Positions 1 through 10,187 are shown, numbered from the stretch's first letter. The stretch is 64,000 nt of DNA from Gammaproteobacteria bacterium (GCA_015660645.1 DQKS01000070.1:5417-69416), one strand, 5' to 3'. Numbers and translations: made by a program. Notes: generated from the letters alone by a model not told the origin.

Positions 1-1002
1 AACAGCATTTTCGCCGACAAAAAGACCAGATTTCCCAATTAGATGTTTCAGGCCGTGTATGGTTCTTTGAGCAGATTTGGGGTCTTGGACACTTTCCATT
101 GTTGCTCTATAAAGCATGGATTTACATTGTTCATACTCCATAAACATATCTACCATTCGATGTTGTAGAACCTGAAATTCTGACATAGGATGATCAAATT
201 GTTCTCTTTGCTGAGTATATTCGACTGTGTCTTTATAAAGAACTTCCATAGCGCCTAGCGCTTCTGCACTAAGTGCGAGTATTGCGTCATTCGCTACCGA
301 TTGTAGAATTTCAAACCCTTCATCAACATTACCTATTACCCTGTCAACATTGACTGACACATTTTCTAGAATTATCTCGGAGGCTCTCAGGCCATCAACG
401 GTTGGGAAATGATCCATAGATAGTCCATCTGACTTTGCATCTATTAGAAACAAGGTAATTCCGTTTTCATCTATTTGACCTCCGCTAGTTCTTGCTACAA
501 CAACTATGTGATCAGCTGTTTCTGCATTTTGCACCATTGACTTCTGTCCGTTCAGAATAAAGTTGTCTCCTTCTTTTCGTGCCGAAGTAATTACGTCCTC
601 TAAATCAAAGCGACTTTGTTGTTCTGCATAAGCAAAAGACAATTGTTTTGTTCCCTCAACTAAACCTGGGAGTATTTCTTTTTTTAGAGACTCTGTTCCT
701 CCTTTCTTCAAGGCACCTCCACCCATTACTATGCTTGCTAAGTAAGGTTCAAGAACTAGGCCTTTGCCAAATTGTTCCATAATTACAAGAACGTCAATTT
801 GATTTCCACCAAAGCCTCCATCCGATTCATCAAACGGCAAACCAAGCCAGCCAAGTTCAGCCATGGATTTCCAATAATCATCGCTATAGCCTAGGTCGTC
901 TGAGCTTAAAGATATTCGTGTATTTAAGTCGTAGTTATCTTGAACAAAACGCTCAACGCTTTGTTGTATCATCTTTTGTTCGTCTGATAATTCAAAATTC
1001 AT
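1..1002 (-). CDS. Acyl-CoA dehydrogenase, 3' end cut by window edge (N-terminal 334 aa visible)
   Basis: My own minus-strand translation from ATG at 1002-1000 reads MNFELSDEQKMIQQSVERFVQDNYDLNTR...GWLGLPFDESDGGFGG... and stays open to position 1. It is absent from the ORF track because no stop lies in the window. Its ATG overlaps the TGA of the upstream ACAD (ATGA). Confidence 0.8.
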   Translation of the reverse strand, partial: MNFELSDEQKMIQQSVERFVQDNYDLNTRISLSSDDLGYSDDYWKSMAELGWLGLPFDESDGGFGGNQIDVLVIMEQFGKGLVLEPYLASIVMGGGALKKGGTESLKKEILPGLVEGTKQLSFAYAEQQSRFDLEDVITSARKEGDNFILNGQKSMVQNAETADHIVVVARTSGGQIDENGITLFLIDAKSDGLSMDHFPTVDGLRASEIILENVSVNVDRVIGNVDEGFEILQSVANDAILALSAEALGAMEVLYKDTVEYTQQREQFDHPMSEFQVLQHRMVDMFMEYEQCKSMLYRATMESVQDPKSAQRTIHGLKHLIGKSGLFVGENAV

Positions 1003-2171
1003 TTTGACGACCTCTTAGTAAGCCCAAGTACCTTTTTAGCAATTACGTCTTTTTGTACTTCACTTGCTCCACCATAAATAGTGAAGTACCGACTATTTAG
1101 ATATCCTGTAGTACCGCCTTTTGCAAAAGGAAAACCAATGCTCTTTTCTCCCCAAGCTGGAGAGTAAATACCACTAGCTTCAACTGTCAGTTTTTGTATT
1201 CTTTGCTTAATTTCGGTACCTTTTAATTTTAAGATAGAAGATTCTGGTCCTAATTCAGCTCCGGCTGAAGCACTAGCAAGACTACGAAGTTCTGTATACT
1301 CAGTAGCCATTAAATCTATTTCTAATTCTGCTATCTTGGCTTTATATCCTGAGTCATTCATTAAATTACTGTTACCTCTGGTCACTGTTCTTGCAAGGTC
1401 TTTTAGATTTTCAAGTTCGAATAGTGACCTAGAGAGTCCTGCTAATCCTGTTCTTTCGTGTTCAAGTAGACCTTTTGCATAAGTCCAACCTTTGCCTTCT
1501 TCACCAATCCTGTTTTCAACAGGAACTTTTACGTCAGTAAAATGAACAGTATTTACTGTATGTGCTCCGCCTAGAGTTATTATTGGTTTAACTTCTATTC
1601 CTTCTTGTTTCATAGGAAAGAGTAGGAAAGTTATACCTTTTTGTTTAATGCCACTATCATCAGTTCTTGTTAGGCAAAATATCCAGTCCGCTACATGGGC
1701 AAGCGTTGTCCACATCTTCGATCCATTTACTGTGTAATAAGTACCGTCTTCAGAGAGAACTGCTTTGGTTTTTAAGTTTGCTAGATCTGATCCTGCTCCA
1801 GGTTCTGAGTAGCCCTGACACCAATTAACTGTTCTTTCTCTTATAGGGGGTAAAAATCTTTCTTGTTGTTCCTCATTCCCATAACCCATAAGGATTGGAG
1901 CTAACATTCCTAGACCAAAAGGAATATCAAAGGGTATGGTTGCTTTGGTAGTTTCTTGTTCCCATATGTAGTGTTGAGTAGGTGTCCAACCAGGACCACC
2001 AAATTTAGCTGGCCATTTGGGTACATCCCAGCCTCCTTTCTTTTTAGCTTTTTCAAACCAATTATTTCGCCAGGTAAAATAATCCTCATCTTTTTTTATT
2101 TTATTTTCTTCAAAGAAGGCTCTAACTTCTTTTATGAATGTAAGGTCTTCTGAGCTTAGTTCTATATCCAT
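999..2171 (-). CDS. Acyl-CoA dehydrogenase family protein
   Basis: 390 aa with ACAD-like layout. The C-terminus reads ...FTIYGGASEVQKDVIAKKVLGL, with Gly where MCAD-type enzymes have the catalytic Glu. Translationally coupled to the next ACAD gene. Confidence 0.85.
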   Translation of the reverse strand: MDIELSSEDLTFIKEVRAFFEENKIKKDEDYFTWRNNWFEKAKKKGGWDVPKWPAKFGGPGWTPTQHYIWEQETTKATIPFDIPFGLGMLAPILMGYGNEEQQERFLPPIRERTVNWCQGYSEPGAGSDLANLKTKAVLSEDGTYYTVNGSKMWTTLAHVADWIFCLTRTDDSGIKQKGITFLLFPMKQEGIEVKPIITLGGAHTVNTVHFTDVKVPVENRIGEEGKGWTYAKGLLEHERTGLAGLSRSLFELENLKDLARTVTRGNSNLMNDSGYKAKIAELEIDLMATEYTELRSLASASAGAELGPESSILKLKGTEIKQRIQKLTVEASGIYSPAWGEKSIGFPFAKGGTTGYLNSRYFTIYGGASEVQKDVIAKKVLGLTKRSSK

Positions 2172-2247
2172 AGGTTATTATCCACTTTCATTAAGAGGAT
2201 GAATATTAATGGCTTTTAAGGTTTTATGCTACGAGAAGAGAATTTTT

Positions 2248-2748
2248 TTAATCAAGTTTATATTTTTGAAAATAATTGAATATATCCTGTTGTTTGGTAT
2301 CTCTAGCCGTTCTCATTTTATCCGTTGAATCTAGGTTTAGGGCAATTCCATTTTCTCCAAAAATAACTATTCTCGGGACACCTTCTTGACGTGGAATACC
2401 CAGTACTTCAAGTAAATTCATATTGATGTCGTATTTTCCTAGATCCACATGAAGGATTTCAAAATTTTCTCTTAAATACCTACTCACAGTTGGGAGCTTT
2501 AAAGTTCCTTCCAGTATCCTGCAATCAGGACACCAATTCGCACCGAATATGACAATGGATTGCCTTCCTTTTTTACTAGCAGTAATGAAATCCAATAATA
2601 CCTGCTGCTCTACTTCTATTCTTTCATAGGGGAGAGGAAGGGGTTTTTTTAAGATCTCGTTTCCTGGTATTTGTGTCACTTCCATTGTACTTATTGAGTT
2701 TATGCCCAGTATAAATAAGAAGGTAATAATTTTGTACAGTTTGCTCAC
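2248..2748 (-). CDS. Secreted thioredoxin-fold protein (WCPDC active site)
   Basis: Hydrophobic N-terminal signal-like segment (KIITFLFILGINSIS) and a CxxC motif in FGANWCPDCRILE. Confidence 0.7.
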   Translation of the reverse strand: MSKLYKIITFLFILGINSISTMEVTQIPGNEILKKPLPLPYERIEVEQQVLLDFITASKKGRQSIVIFGANWCPDCRILEGTLKLPTVSRYLRENFEILHVDLGKYDINMNLLEVLGIPRQEGVPRIVIFGENGIALNLDSTDKMRTARDTKQQDIFNYFQKYKLD

Positions 2749-2895
2749 GGCTACCTCTGCTCTTTATTTAAATCCTCGGGAGTTTTTACCGTTTTAGCTT
2801 TTCTTTTAAATCGTAGCAATAGGATAAAATCACGATTGAGCTTTAATATACACCAACAAACAATAGGTACCAACTAAGCTCAAAATTAAATAATC

Positions 2896-3258
2896 TTATT
2901 GATACCTAATTTTTAAAGATAGACGGTCAACTTTCTTTAGTTTATCAACCACCAGGTCGTAAGAGTTTTCGATCATAACTTCAATTTCATCCTTTGGTAC
3001 CGATCCATCTAAGATCACAGTGTTCCAATGGGTTTTATTCATATGATAACCAGGAATAACGGATTCAAATCTACTCCTAAGCATAATAGCTTCATCGGGG
3101 TCGCATTTAAGATTTACACGAGCAACGCCATCCCTGTAAGCTAAAAAACCAAACATTTTTTCTTTAATCTTAAAAACATGTACTTCATTGCCAAAAGGAA
3201 AATCTTCAATGGCTTCCGGGCAAGAAAGGAAGTAGTTCCTAACATGATCAGCATTCAT
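2896..3258 (-). CDS. MmcQ/YjbR family protein
   Basis: 120 aa. The pattern ...FPFGNEVHVFKIKEKMFGFL...LKCDPDEA...PGYHMNKTHWNTVILDG...SYDLV matches my memory of the YjbR family. Confidence 0.7.
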   Translation of the reverse strand: MNADHVRNYFLSCPEAIEDFPFGNEVHVFKIKEKMFGFLAYRDGVARVNLKCDPDEAIMLRSRFESVIPGYHMNKTHWNTVILDGSVPKDEIEVMIENSYDLVVDKLKKVDRLSLKIRYQ

Positions 3259-3986
3259 CTCTGATTTAACTCATCTGCAACCCAACTTATTGACCAATTA
3301 TGTCCCAGTCGTCTCCCTCTATAATTCTCTGGCAGTCTAGTGACGATACTGTCTTGTAGATTAATAATTTGAGGATCTACGTCTAGGTCTTTAAATGCAC
3401 CATCCAAGTGTTTTTGAGTCCTCCATTCATAAAACCTTAAGTTGGTGGAAATAAACCGAGGCTGTTGATAGTCGCAAAGAAAATTTATGTTATAAATATC
3501 TGCCAAAGGACCTGCAATAGCATGTATCTCAACCGGTATATCATTTGACCAGCTCTCTGCAAACATAGACACCAAAAGAGCTCCATAGCTGTGACCCATA
3601 ATGGTTATGCTGTTTACACTCTTGTTTTGATCAAGAATTTGATTAATTTCTGCGTTGAGATTATTAAAAGAAGGAGTAGGGCAGCCACTATCATCCCATC
3701 TAAAAAACAAAGTTAAGGTATTTTCATTGTCTAGGGTTTTGAGAGGGTAGATCCATTCATAGCCCTTGCTGTTACTTCCATGCACTGCAATTAATAGGTT
3801 ACTTTCTTTATTTGTTTTTATTTCCAAAGGGTTAAGGCCAAACTTAACTGCCATAAGATTTTTGCCTGAATCTAAGTATTCCTTTTTATCATCTAAATCC
3901 TCTAACCAAGGGTAAGGTCTTTCTTCTGAGCAAGAAATTAATAAAAAAGAAAAGAGAACAAAAAAAGAATTCTTTAATTTTCTCAT
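3255..3986 (-). CDS. Lipoprotein alpha/beta hydrolase (lipase/esterase-like)
   Basis: Lipobox-like FLLISC after a basic N-terminus. GxSxG nucleophile elbow in IMGHSYGAL. 4-nt overlap with the downstream YjbR gene. Confidence 0.65.
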   Translation of the reverse strand: MRKLKNSFFVLFSFLLISCSEERPYPWLEDLDDKKEYLDSGKNLMAVKFGLNPLEIKTNKESNLLIAVHGSNSKGYEWIYPLKTLDNENTLTLFFRWDDSGCPTPSFNNLNAEINQILDQNKSVNSITIMGHSYGALLVSMFAESWSNDIPVEIHAIAGPLADIYNINFLCDYQQPRFISTNLRFYEWRTQKHLDGAFKDLDVDPQIINLQDSIVTRLPENYRGRRLGHNWSISWVADELNQR

Positions 3987-4127
3987 AATTATTTGCTTAT
4001 TTATTTACCGGCTAGCTTATCAAATGTAGCAAGCATCTTTTCATCAATGCCTGCTTCTTCAGCATCATCTCTCATGTTTTCTCCTTTAAAAATAACAATT
4101 ATTTTTACCCAAGGTTACAATTATTTC

Positions 4128-4565
4128 ATGAACACTGAGGAATTGGAAAATGAAACAGATATTTTAGAAAAACTGAAGAATGGGTCCGCGGGTCCTTCGA
4201 TGAAATTTTTTAATCTAAAGTATGAAAATAATGATAATGAAGTCTTCAGATTCAGTGCTTTATTTCCAGAGCAGAGCGCCAACCCTATGGGCTATGTACA
4301 AGGAGGAATGATTTCTGCAGTTTTAGACGATGCCACTTCCGTTGTCATGATATCTGGATACAAGGGTGAAAAGGCTCCTCTTACAACAGATTTACACGTT
4401 TTATTTCATAGGCCTATGCCACTTGGAGAGGCAAGAATTGAAGTAAAAATTATCAAATTAGGAAACAGAAGTGCCACTGCTGAAGGAAGAATTTATTCAA
4501 CTGATAATAAATTGGTGGCCACTTTACTCCATTCGGCTCAGCCGGTAGACAGACAGCCTCAGTGA
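4128..4565 (+). CDS. PaaI/hotdog-fold thioesterase
   Basis: The core ...NPMGYVQGGMISAVLDDATS...RSATAEGRIY... is typical of PaaI-type thioesterases. I chose the ATG at 4128 over the Ser-rich TTG extension from 3993. Confidence 0.7.
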   Translation: MNTEELENETDILEKLKNGSAGPSMKFFNLKYENNDNEVFRFSALFPEQSANPMGYVQGGMISAVLDDATSVVMISGYKGEKAPLTTDLHVLFHRPMPLGEARIEVKIIKLGNRSATAEGRIYSTDNKLVATLLHSAQPVDRQPQ

Positions 4566-4590
4566 GATAAACTATAAGTAGGAGAGAATT

Positions 4591-5373
4591 ATGAAGCCAG
4601 TATGTTTAGTTTTAGGGGCGGGCGCAGGTATAGGAGGTACGGTCGCTGCTAAGTTTGCTAGTGAAGGGTATCACTCGTGCTTGTGCAGAAGATCTGATCA
4701 AGAAGGCCTAGATCGATTAGTTAAGGGAATTGAAGATGACGGTGGCTCTGCCAATGGTTATTTAATTAATGCCATAGAGGATAACGTAATTGAAGATTTG
4801 ATTAATTCGATTGAATCTGACGTTGGACCCATAGAAGTAGTGGTCTACAACCTAGGTGCGCAAACCGGCATGAAACTCCTGAAAGATACAACCCATAAAG
4901 AATTTGAATGGGGTTGGAGAATGGCAAGTCTTGGACTATTTAGGGTGGCTAAAGTGCTTTGCCCAATCATGAAAGAAAGAGGAAAGGGAACAATTCTAGT
5001 TACTTCCGCAACAGCAGCCATGAGAGGTAATGCAACACAACACTCTCATGCAGCTGCCATGGGAGCAAGGAGAATGTTATGCCAATCTTTAAATGCAGAG
5101 TTTTCTGCAAGCAGTATTCATGTAGCACATATAGTAATTGACGGAGCAGTAGATGCACCAGATACGCTCGGGAAAATGTTAGGGCCAGAAATGTTTCAGA
5201 AATTCAGAGAGACAAAAGGTATGGAGCATGATGGTCTTTTACTTCCAAAAGAGATTGCGGAAACTTATTTTCATTTAGCTCATCAGCACAGATCTGCATG
5301 GACACATGAGTTAGATCTTAGGGCTTTTTCAGATTTAGCTTGGTGGAACCACAGCACAATGCTAGAAGATTAA
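4591..5373 (+). CDS. Short-chain dehydrogenase/reductase (SDR) family oxidoreductase
   Basis: N-terminal Rossmann motif VLGAGAGIGG. 260 aa, SDR-typical length. Confidence 0.75.
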   Translation: MKPVCLVLGAGAGIGGTVAAKFASEGYHSCLCRRSDQEGLDRLVKGIEDDGGSANGYLINAIEDNVIEDLINSIESDVGPIEVVVYNLGAQTGMKLLKDTTHKEFEWGWRMASLGLFRVAKVLCPIMKERGKGTILVTSATAAMRGNATQHSHAAAMGARRMLCQSLNAEFSASSIHVAHIVIDGAVDAPDTLGKMLGPEMFQKFRETKGMEHDGLLLPKEIAETYFHLAHQHRSAWTHELDLRAFSDLAWWNHSTMLED

Positions 5374-6314
5374 GAGACCTTGAATCGCTCTATCTGGATA
5401 TCATCTTCTCCAAGGTCTTCGTAATTATCATTTACCCTGCCTTGAATGTATTCTTTCCACGTGAACGAGCTGTAAAGATCAGACTTGCTTGAAAGGCCTT
5501 CTATTGGTTTAAGAATTGCATTGCCTTTCGGGTTATAAAAATAAGGAGTGCTATAACGAGGGCTGTGGGTCCTTTTAAGAACTCGGTGTATTGCTGCTAC
5601 GTATTGATCGTTGGTCCAGACCTGCATCGCGTCTCCTAAATTAACAACAATAGTGTCTTCTTCTGGTTCAATATCTATCCAACCTGATTCTTTAGATTTA
5701 GCTTGCAATCCACCTGTCATATCTTGAAGCAATAGAGTAAGGATTCCAGGATCGGTGTGATGGTGAAGTGCCATATCGCCTAGTTCGGAAACTTTTTCTT
5801 GATCATTCGAATCCAGAGGGTCACTCGTAGGGTAAAAATTTAGTCTCACATTACTAGTTTTGGATTCTCCAACTGGCAATTCAATCTGACTATTATTTAA
5901 TGCGTGAAAAACAAGATTTAAAGTTTCTTCAGCAACAACTGAAGCTTCTTTAAAGAATCTTTCCATAACATTTTTAAAATCTTTATCTTCTGGCCATTGA
6001 TTAAAATCATCACCATCTATTTTAGGTTTCATGTAATCAAAAACTTCTTTCAGGTCTCTTTTTTGTTTTGTGAGTTCTCTATCGTAATAACCTAGTGGAA
6101 TAGATTCCGTTCTTGAGATTGCTAGCTTATCTTCCCTAGGTTGTTCAAAAAACCACTCTGATGCCTTCCACATAGCATTGATTGCTGATTGTATTCCATG
6201 ATTTTTTAACAGAAAAAAGCCATGATCTCTGCAAGCAGAGTCTAACTGCTCAAGTTGATCGGGGTCAGTTTTTGCTAAAGCAAAATCTATTGTTGGTACA
6301 TGGCTAGCTTTCAT
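5370..6314 (-). CDS. 2-oxoglutarate/Fe(II)-dependent oxygenase (isopenicillin N synthase-like family)
   Basis: HxD in LHHHTDPGILTLL and a distal His/Arg in AAIHRVLKR. The ATG at 6314 is preferred over the TTG at 6335 and overlaps the amidase 3' end by 11 nt. Confidence 0.8.
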   Translation of the reverse strand: MKASHVPTIDFALAKTDPDQLEQLDSACRDHGFFLLKNHGIQSAINAMWKASEWFFEQPREDKLAISRTESIPLGYYDRELTKQKRDLKEVFDYMKPKIDGDDFNQWPEDKDFKNVMERFFKEASVVAEETLNLVFHALNNSQIELPVGESKTSNVRLNFYPTSDPLDSNDQEKVSELGDMALHHHTDPGILTLLLQDMTGGLQAKSKESGWIDIEPEEDTIVVNLGDAMQVWTNDQYVAAIHRVLKRTHSPRYSTPYFYNPKGNAILKPIEGLSSKSDLYSSFTWKEYIQGRVNDNYEDLGEDDIQIERFKVS

Positions 6315-7707
6315 GACCAGAAGCTCTATGCTCAAAGTTCAAAACAGACTCAAAAGCATGCATTGCTTTAAGTACTATTAAATCTTCGCGTTGACCGCCA
6401 ATTATTTGTAATGCTACAGGCATTCCAGTTGAAAGTATCCCAGCAGGTATTACGCCGGCAGGGTTTCTTGTCATGTTGATTCCCATAGTAAAATCTACCC
6501 AGGCAGGAGTCTCTGTACCGTTAACATAACCGTCTCCTTCTATCTTCGGCGCTTGTCCGCAGGTTGCAGGAGTAATTATCAAAGGTGATTCTTTAAAAAC
6601 TTCTTCAAGTTGATATCCAAGTTTATGGCAAGCGTCTATCGAAGAAGCATAAGCAGCTCCGTCCATATTCACTCCCATTTCTATGAAGATTCTAAGTAAA
6701 GGGTCTATTTGTTCATACTCTGGTGTACCGATTAAATGTTGCTGTCTTCTAGCACAAGCAGAAGCCCAGAATACCATCCATGCATCGACTGGATTCTCAC
6801 TCCAGATTGTATCTTTTTCTATGATAGTAACCCCGGCATCTTGAAGGGAGGAAATAGCCTTCTCGCAAACACTCAATACTTCTTTATCAACATCTGAAAA
6901 ACCCATTGTAGGTGACCAAATAGCAGTTTTAGGTAATTCTTCTGATAACTGTTTTGCCCAATTCGGATTTCCTCCTTCTAGCGAAAAGATATCAGTAGGG
7001 TCAGCACCAACTGTAGCATCTAAAGCTATTGCATTATCTATAGTTGTTCTTGCCATAGGGCCTTTTACGGTTAATAAACCAGAGCCGGGAGGTGTTGTTC
7101 CTCCTATGGGTATCCTGCCTTGAGAAGTTTTAATTCCACTCAAACCGCCAATAGCAGCAGGTATCCTAATTGATCCGCCTCCATCCGAACCTGTTCCTAA
7201 AGGAATCATCCCAGCAGCTAATGCTGCTGATGTTCCTCCAGAAGAACCACCAGGTGAATATTCTAAATTCCAAGGATTTTTAGTTGCTCCAAATGACTTA
7301 TTGTCTGTTTTACCTTTGTGGCCAAATTCAGGTGTATTTGTCTTACCTAAAACTACACAACCTGCTTGTCTTAATCTATTCACTAATATTGAATCTTCAG
7401 CAGCCGGTTTATCATTAACATGTAATGCCGATCCAAAAGTAGTTACAAAACCTTTAGCATCTTCAAGGTCTTTAACCCCTATTGGTATACCAGCAAGCGG
7501 TCCAACATCCTCACCTTTCGATATTCTTTCATCTAGAGAGATGGCTTGTTTTATAGCATCTTCTGGATTAACCGCACAAAATGCATTAATGATTTTATCT
7601 TGATTCTCTATATTGCTTAAAGCTGATGATGTAATTTCTTTCGCAGAAATATCTTTAGACTGAACTTTGCCCGCTAACTCACTGATTGAATAATCTCTGA
7701 AATCCAT
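6304..7707 (-). CDS. Amidase-signature family amidase
   Basis: Amidase signature GGSSGGTSAALAAG and GVKD lysine. No gatB/gatC nearby, so it is not called gatA. Confidence 0.85.
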   Translation of the reverse strand: MDFRDYSISELAGKVQSKDISAKEITSSALSNIENQDKIINAFCAVNPEDAIKQAISLDERISKGEDVGPLAGIPIGVKDLEDAKGFVTTFGSALHVNDKPAAEDSILVNRLRQAGCVVLGKTNTPEFGHKGKTDNKSFGATKNPWNLEYSPGGSSGGTSAALAAGMIPLGTGSDGGGSIRIPAAIGGLSGIKTSQGRIPIGGTTPPGSGLLTVKGPMARTTIDNAIALDATVGADPTDIFSLEGGNPNWAKQLSEELPKTAIWSPTMGFSDVDKEVLSVCEKAISSLQDAGVTIIEKDTIWSENPVDAWMVFWASACARRQQHLIGTPEYEQIDPLLRIFIEMGVNMDGAAYASSIDACHKLGYQLEEVFKESPLIITPATCGQAPKIEGDGYVNGTETPAWVDFTMGINMTRNPAGVIPAGILSTGMPVALQIIGGQREDLIVLKAMHAFESVLNFEHRASGHES

Positions 7708-7935
7708 TGTCTTCTCCCCGATGTCTTATGGTCTACTTTCGTCTAATAATATCACTATTTAAAGAGCTTATTTTTATATTCATTCATATCCCATTCTAGG
7801 TAGTGTTTTTGAGACAGATGGAGAGTTTCTCCATTAATACAATATTAGTATGGATTCTAAGTTTAATTAATTTTTACTAGTTATAATTGTTTAAATAAAA
7901 TCTTTTGATATAACTAATAATTTAATAAAAATAAG

Positions 7936-9147
7936 ATGCATTTTGAACACACCAAACAAACCAAAGATCTAATAAATATTGTTTCTAAATTTCTGAAAGA
8001 AAACGTTAGACCAGCTGAGCAGGTTTATAAAAATCAGATGGAAGTATTTAGAAACGAAGGTAACCAATGGCAAGTTCCAGCCGTCATTTATGAGTTAAAG
8101 GAAAAGGCAAAATCTGAAGGGTTGTGGAATTTTTCTTTAACAGGTGAGCTTGGTTATGGGCTTACTAATCTAGAATACGCACCTTTGGCTGAAATGATGG
8201 GTGTGGGTTGGGTTGCAGAAGTGTTTAATTCTTCAGCCCCTGATGCTGGAAACATGGAGGTCTTAGATAAATATGGCTCCGAAGAACAGAAAGAAAAATG
8301 GCTAAAACCTTTACTGGAAGGAACCATGAGATCGGCTTTTGCCATGACAGAGCCAAACGTAGCATCTTCAGATGCCACCAATATATCAAGCACTATAGTG
8401 GCTGATGAGGATGAATATGTGATTAATGGAGAAAAGTGGTGGACTTCAGGTTACGGAAGGCCTGATTGTGGCTTTATGATTTTTATGGGAGTTTCAAATC
8501 CTGATGCGCCAAAGCATCAGAGGCAATCTCAAATTATTATTCCTAGAGATACTCCAGGTATAAATTTGGAAAGAATGCTAACGGTTTATGGGGCAGACCA
8601 TGCTCCTAATGGTCATGCTCATCTAACTTTTAGAGATGTTAGGGTGCCAAAAGAGAACATAATTTTAGGAGAAGGTCGTGGTTTCGAAATTGCACAAGGA
8701 AGATTAGGACCCGGACGTATACATCATTGCATGAAAATTATTGGTGCTGCCGAACAAGCTTTAAAGCTTTTATGTGAGAGAGCAACTACTCGAATTGCTT
8801 TTGGTAAGGCGATAGCTGAACTGGGCGGTAATTATGATGTTATTGCTAGGTGCAGAACTGAGATAGAAATGTGCAGACTATTAACACTTAAAGCTGCCTA
8901 TATGATGGACACAGTAGGTAATAAAATTGCTAAAAGTGAAATCGCACAACCAAAAGTAGAAGTTCCAATGATGGCAGTTAGGGTTATAGAGAGAGCTGTT
9001 CAGATTCATGGTGGAGCGGGCGTTTCACAAGATACTCCTCTTGCTGGCCTTTATAGTTCAATTAGATATCTGAGAATAGGGGATGGACCTGATGAAGTTC
9101 ACCTTAGAACTATTGCAAAAGAGGAATTAAATAAATACGAAAGTTAG
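7936..9147 (+). CDS. Acyl-CoA dehydrogenase, FadE2/ACAD10-11-like subtype (subtype from memory)
   Basis: 403 aa. N-terminal ...[14 protein letters not shown]... and C-terminal ...[21 protein letters not shown]. Confidence 0.8.
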   Translation: MHFEHTKQTKDLINIVSKFLKENVRPAEQVYKNQMEVFRNEGNQWQVPAVIYELKEKAKSEGLWNFSLTGELGYGLTNLEYAPLAEMMGVGWVAEVFNSSAPDAGNMEVLDKYGSEEQKEKWLKPLLEGTMRSAFAMTEPNVASSDATNISSTIVADEDEYVINGEKWWTSGYGRPDCGFMIFMGVSNPDAPKHQRQSQIIIPRDTPGINLERMLTVYGADHAPNGHAHLTFRDVRVPKENIILGEGRGFEIAQGRLGPGRIHHCMKIIGAAEQALKLLCERATTRIAFGKAIAELGGNYDVIARCRTEIEMCRLLTLKAAYMMDTVGNKIAKSEIAQPKVEVPMMAVRVIERAVQIHGGAGVSQDTPLAGLYSSIRYLRIGDGPDEVHLRTIAKEELNKYES

Positions 9148-9410
9148 TGCTGAGCAGGTTTTAATTCTACTTTTTTATTACTAATCATCTTTAGGGCGAA
9201 TTCCATTTCTTTTGTGGCGTTGTGATTGTTTACTTCGAAGTGATCGGAGTTTTTTGCTGCGATCATAATTCTTCCGGAGTCGGTGTCTAATCTTATACTT
9301 CCGGTGGAGAATGTCTCGTTATTCGCAGTGATAACGACCGCTTCAATGTTGTTGTTTAAATCCTCTGGATGACAGCCTTCTATCAGTTCTTTTAGTTCTT
9401 TTAGTTTCAT
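9144..9410 (-). CDS. Hypothetical protein (88 aa)
   Basis: ORF only. Lies downstream of the DUF3501-like gene on the same strand. No motif recognised. Confidence 0.45.
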   Translation of the reverse strand: MKLKELKELIEGCHPEDLNNNIEAVVITANNETFSTGSIRLDTDSGRIMIAAKNSDHFEVNNHNATKEMEFALKMISNKKVELKPAQH

Positions 9411-9471
9411 TTCGCGGCATTCTAATCTTTTATATTTAAAAATAACAGCGTTGTCTATAATTTATTAATTC

Positions 9472-10062
9472 TCAGATCAAAGAAAAATCTTTTGCCAAAG
9501 AAGTCGTGGTTTTTTTAAGAATTTCTTTAGTTCGGATGTTGTATTTCGGATGATCTATACCTGCATATAAAGTCATTCCTGCCTGGAGGTCTTTAATCAT
9601 GAGATTACTCAGATTAAATTCTAGGACAAAAGCTATTTGGTGATCTTCAATTACAGATGATTCAATATTGGAATTTGAATTACCAAAGACTCTATCGTTT
9701 TCTCCTATTTGTATCCAAGCTTTTTTTTCAATCCCATCTTTATCTTCAATAACAACACTTAAGTTTCCTTCCTTAGCACAATGAATAATCATGGTAGCTT
9801 TAAGGTTATTAATATTAGGCAGTAGCAGATTGAAGGCAGAAAGTATTTCTTGAACCTCCTCGTTGACAGTAACATTTGCACTTCTTAAGACTTCTTGAAG
9901 TTTGCTTTGAACCGTTGCTTTGTTTTCAAATAACAAACTTACGTTCTTGCCTATTTCTATGGTTCGTGTCTCCTTATCGGAATTAGCTATTGATAGCAGC
10001 CCATCTCTTTTTTTGTCGTATTCTTCTGCGCTTAATAAATCTGCAATCTTTAATTCAGTCAT
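9472..10062 (-). CDS. DUF3501-like protein
   Basis: About 196 aa. The strings LLFENKATVQSKLQEVLR, KATMIIHC and GIDHPKYN resemble the DUF3501 pattern as I remember it. Confidence 0.55.
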   Translation of the reverse strand: MTELKIADLLSAEEYDKKRDGLLSIANSDKETRTIEIGKNVSLLFENKATVQSKLQEVLRSANVTVNEEVQEILSAFNLLLPNINNLKATMIIHCAKEGNLSVVIEDKDGIEKKAWIQIGENDRVFGNSNSNIESSVIEDHQIAFVLEFNLSNLMIKDLQAGMTLYAGIDHPKYNIRTKEILKKTTTSLAKDFSLI

Positions 10063-10187
10063 TATTTTCTTTGTTTTGTTTCTAAAGGCCGCTATCTTAA
10101 AGAAGGTTGTCTAAGAAATAAAATATACACCAGAAATAATTTAAATCTATCTAGACTTTTATTTATAGAGGCATACCATTACTACTA

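Noticed and set aside
3993-4127. 45-aa N-terminal extension of the PaaI thioesterase ORF
   Set aside because: It begins at a TTG, is Ser-rich and low in complexity, and is not needed for the hotdog domain. The ATG at 4128 was preferred.
7837-7851. Near-palindrome ATACAATATTAGTAT in the amidase/ACAD divergent spacer
   Set aside because: It is imperfect, with an extra base in one arm, and carries little information in AT-rich DNA.
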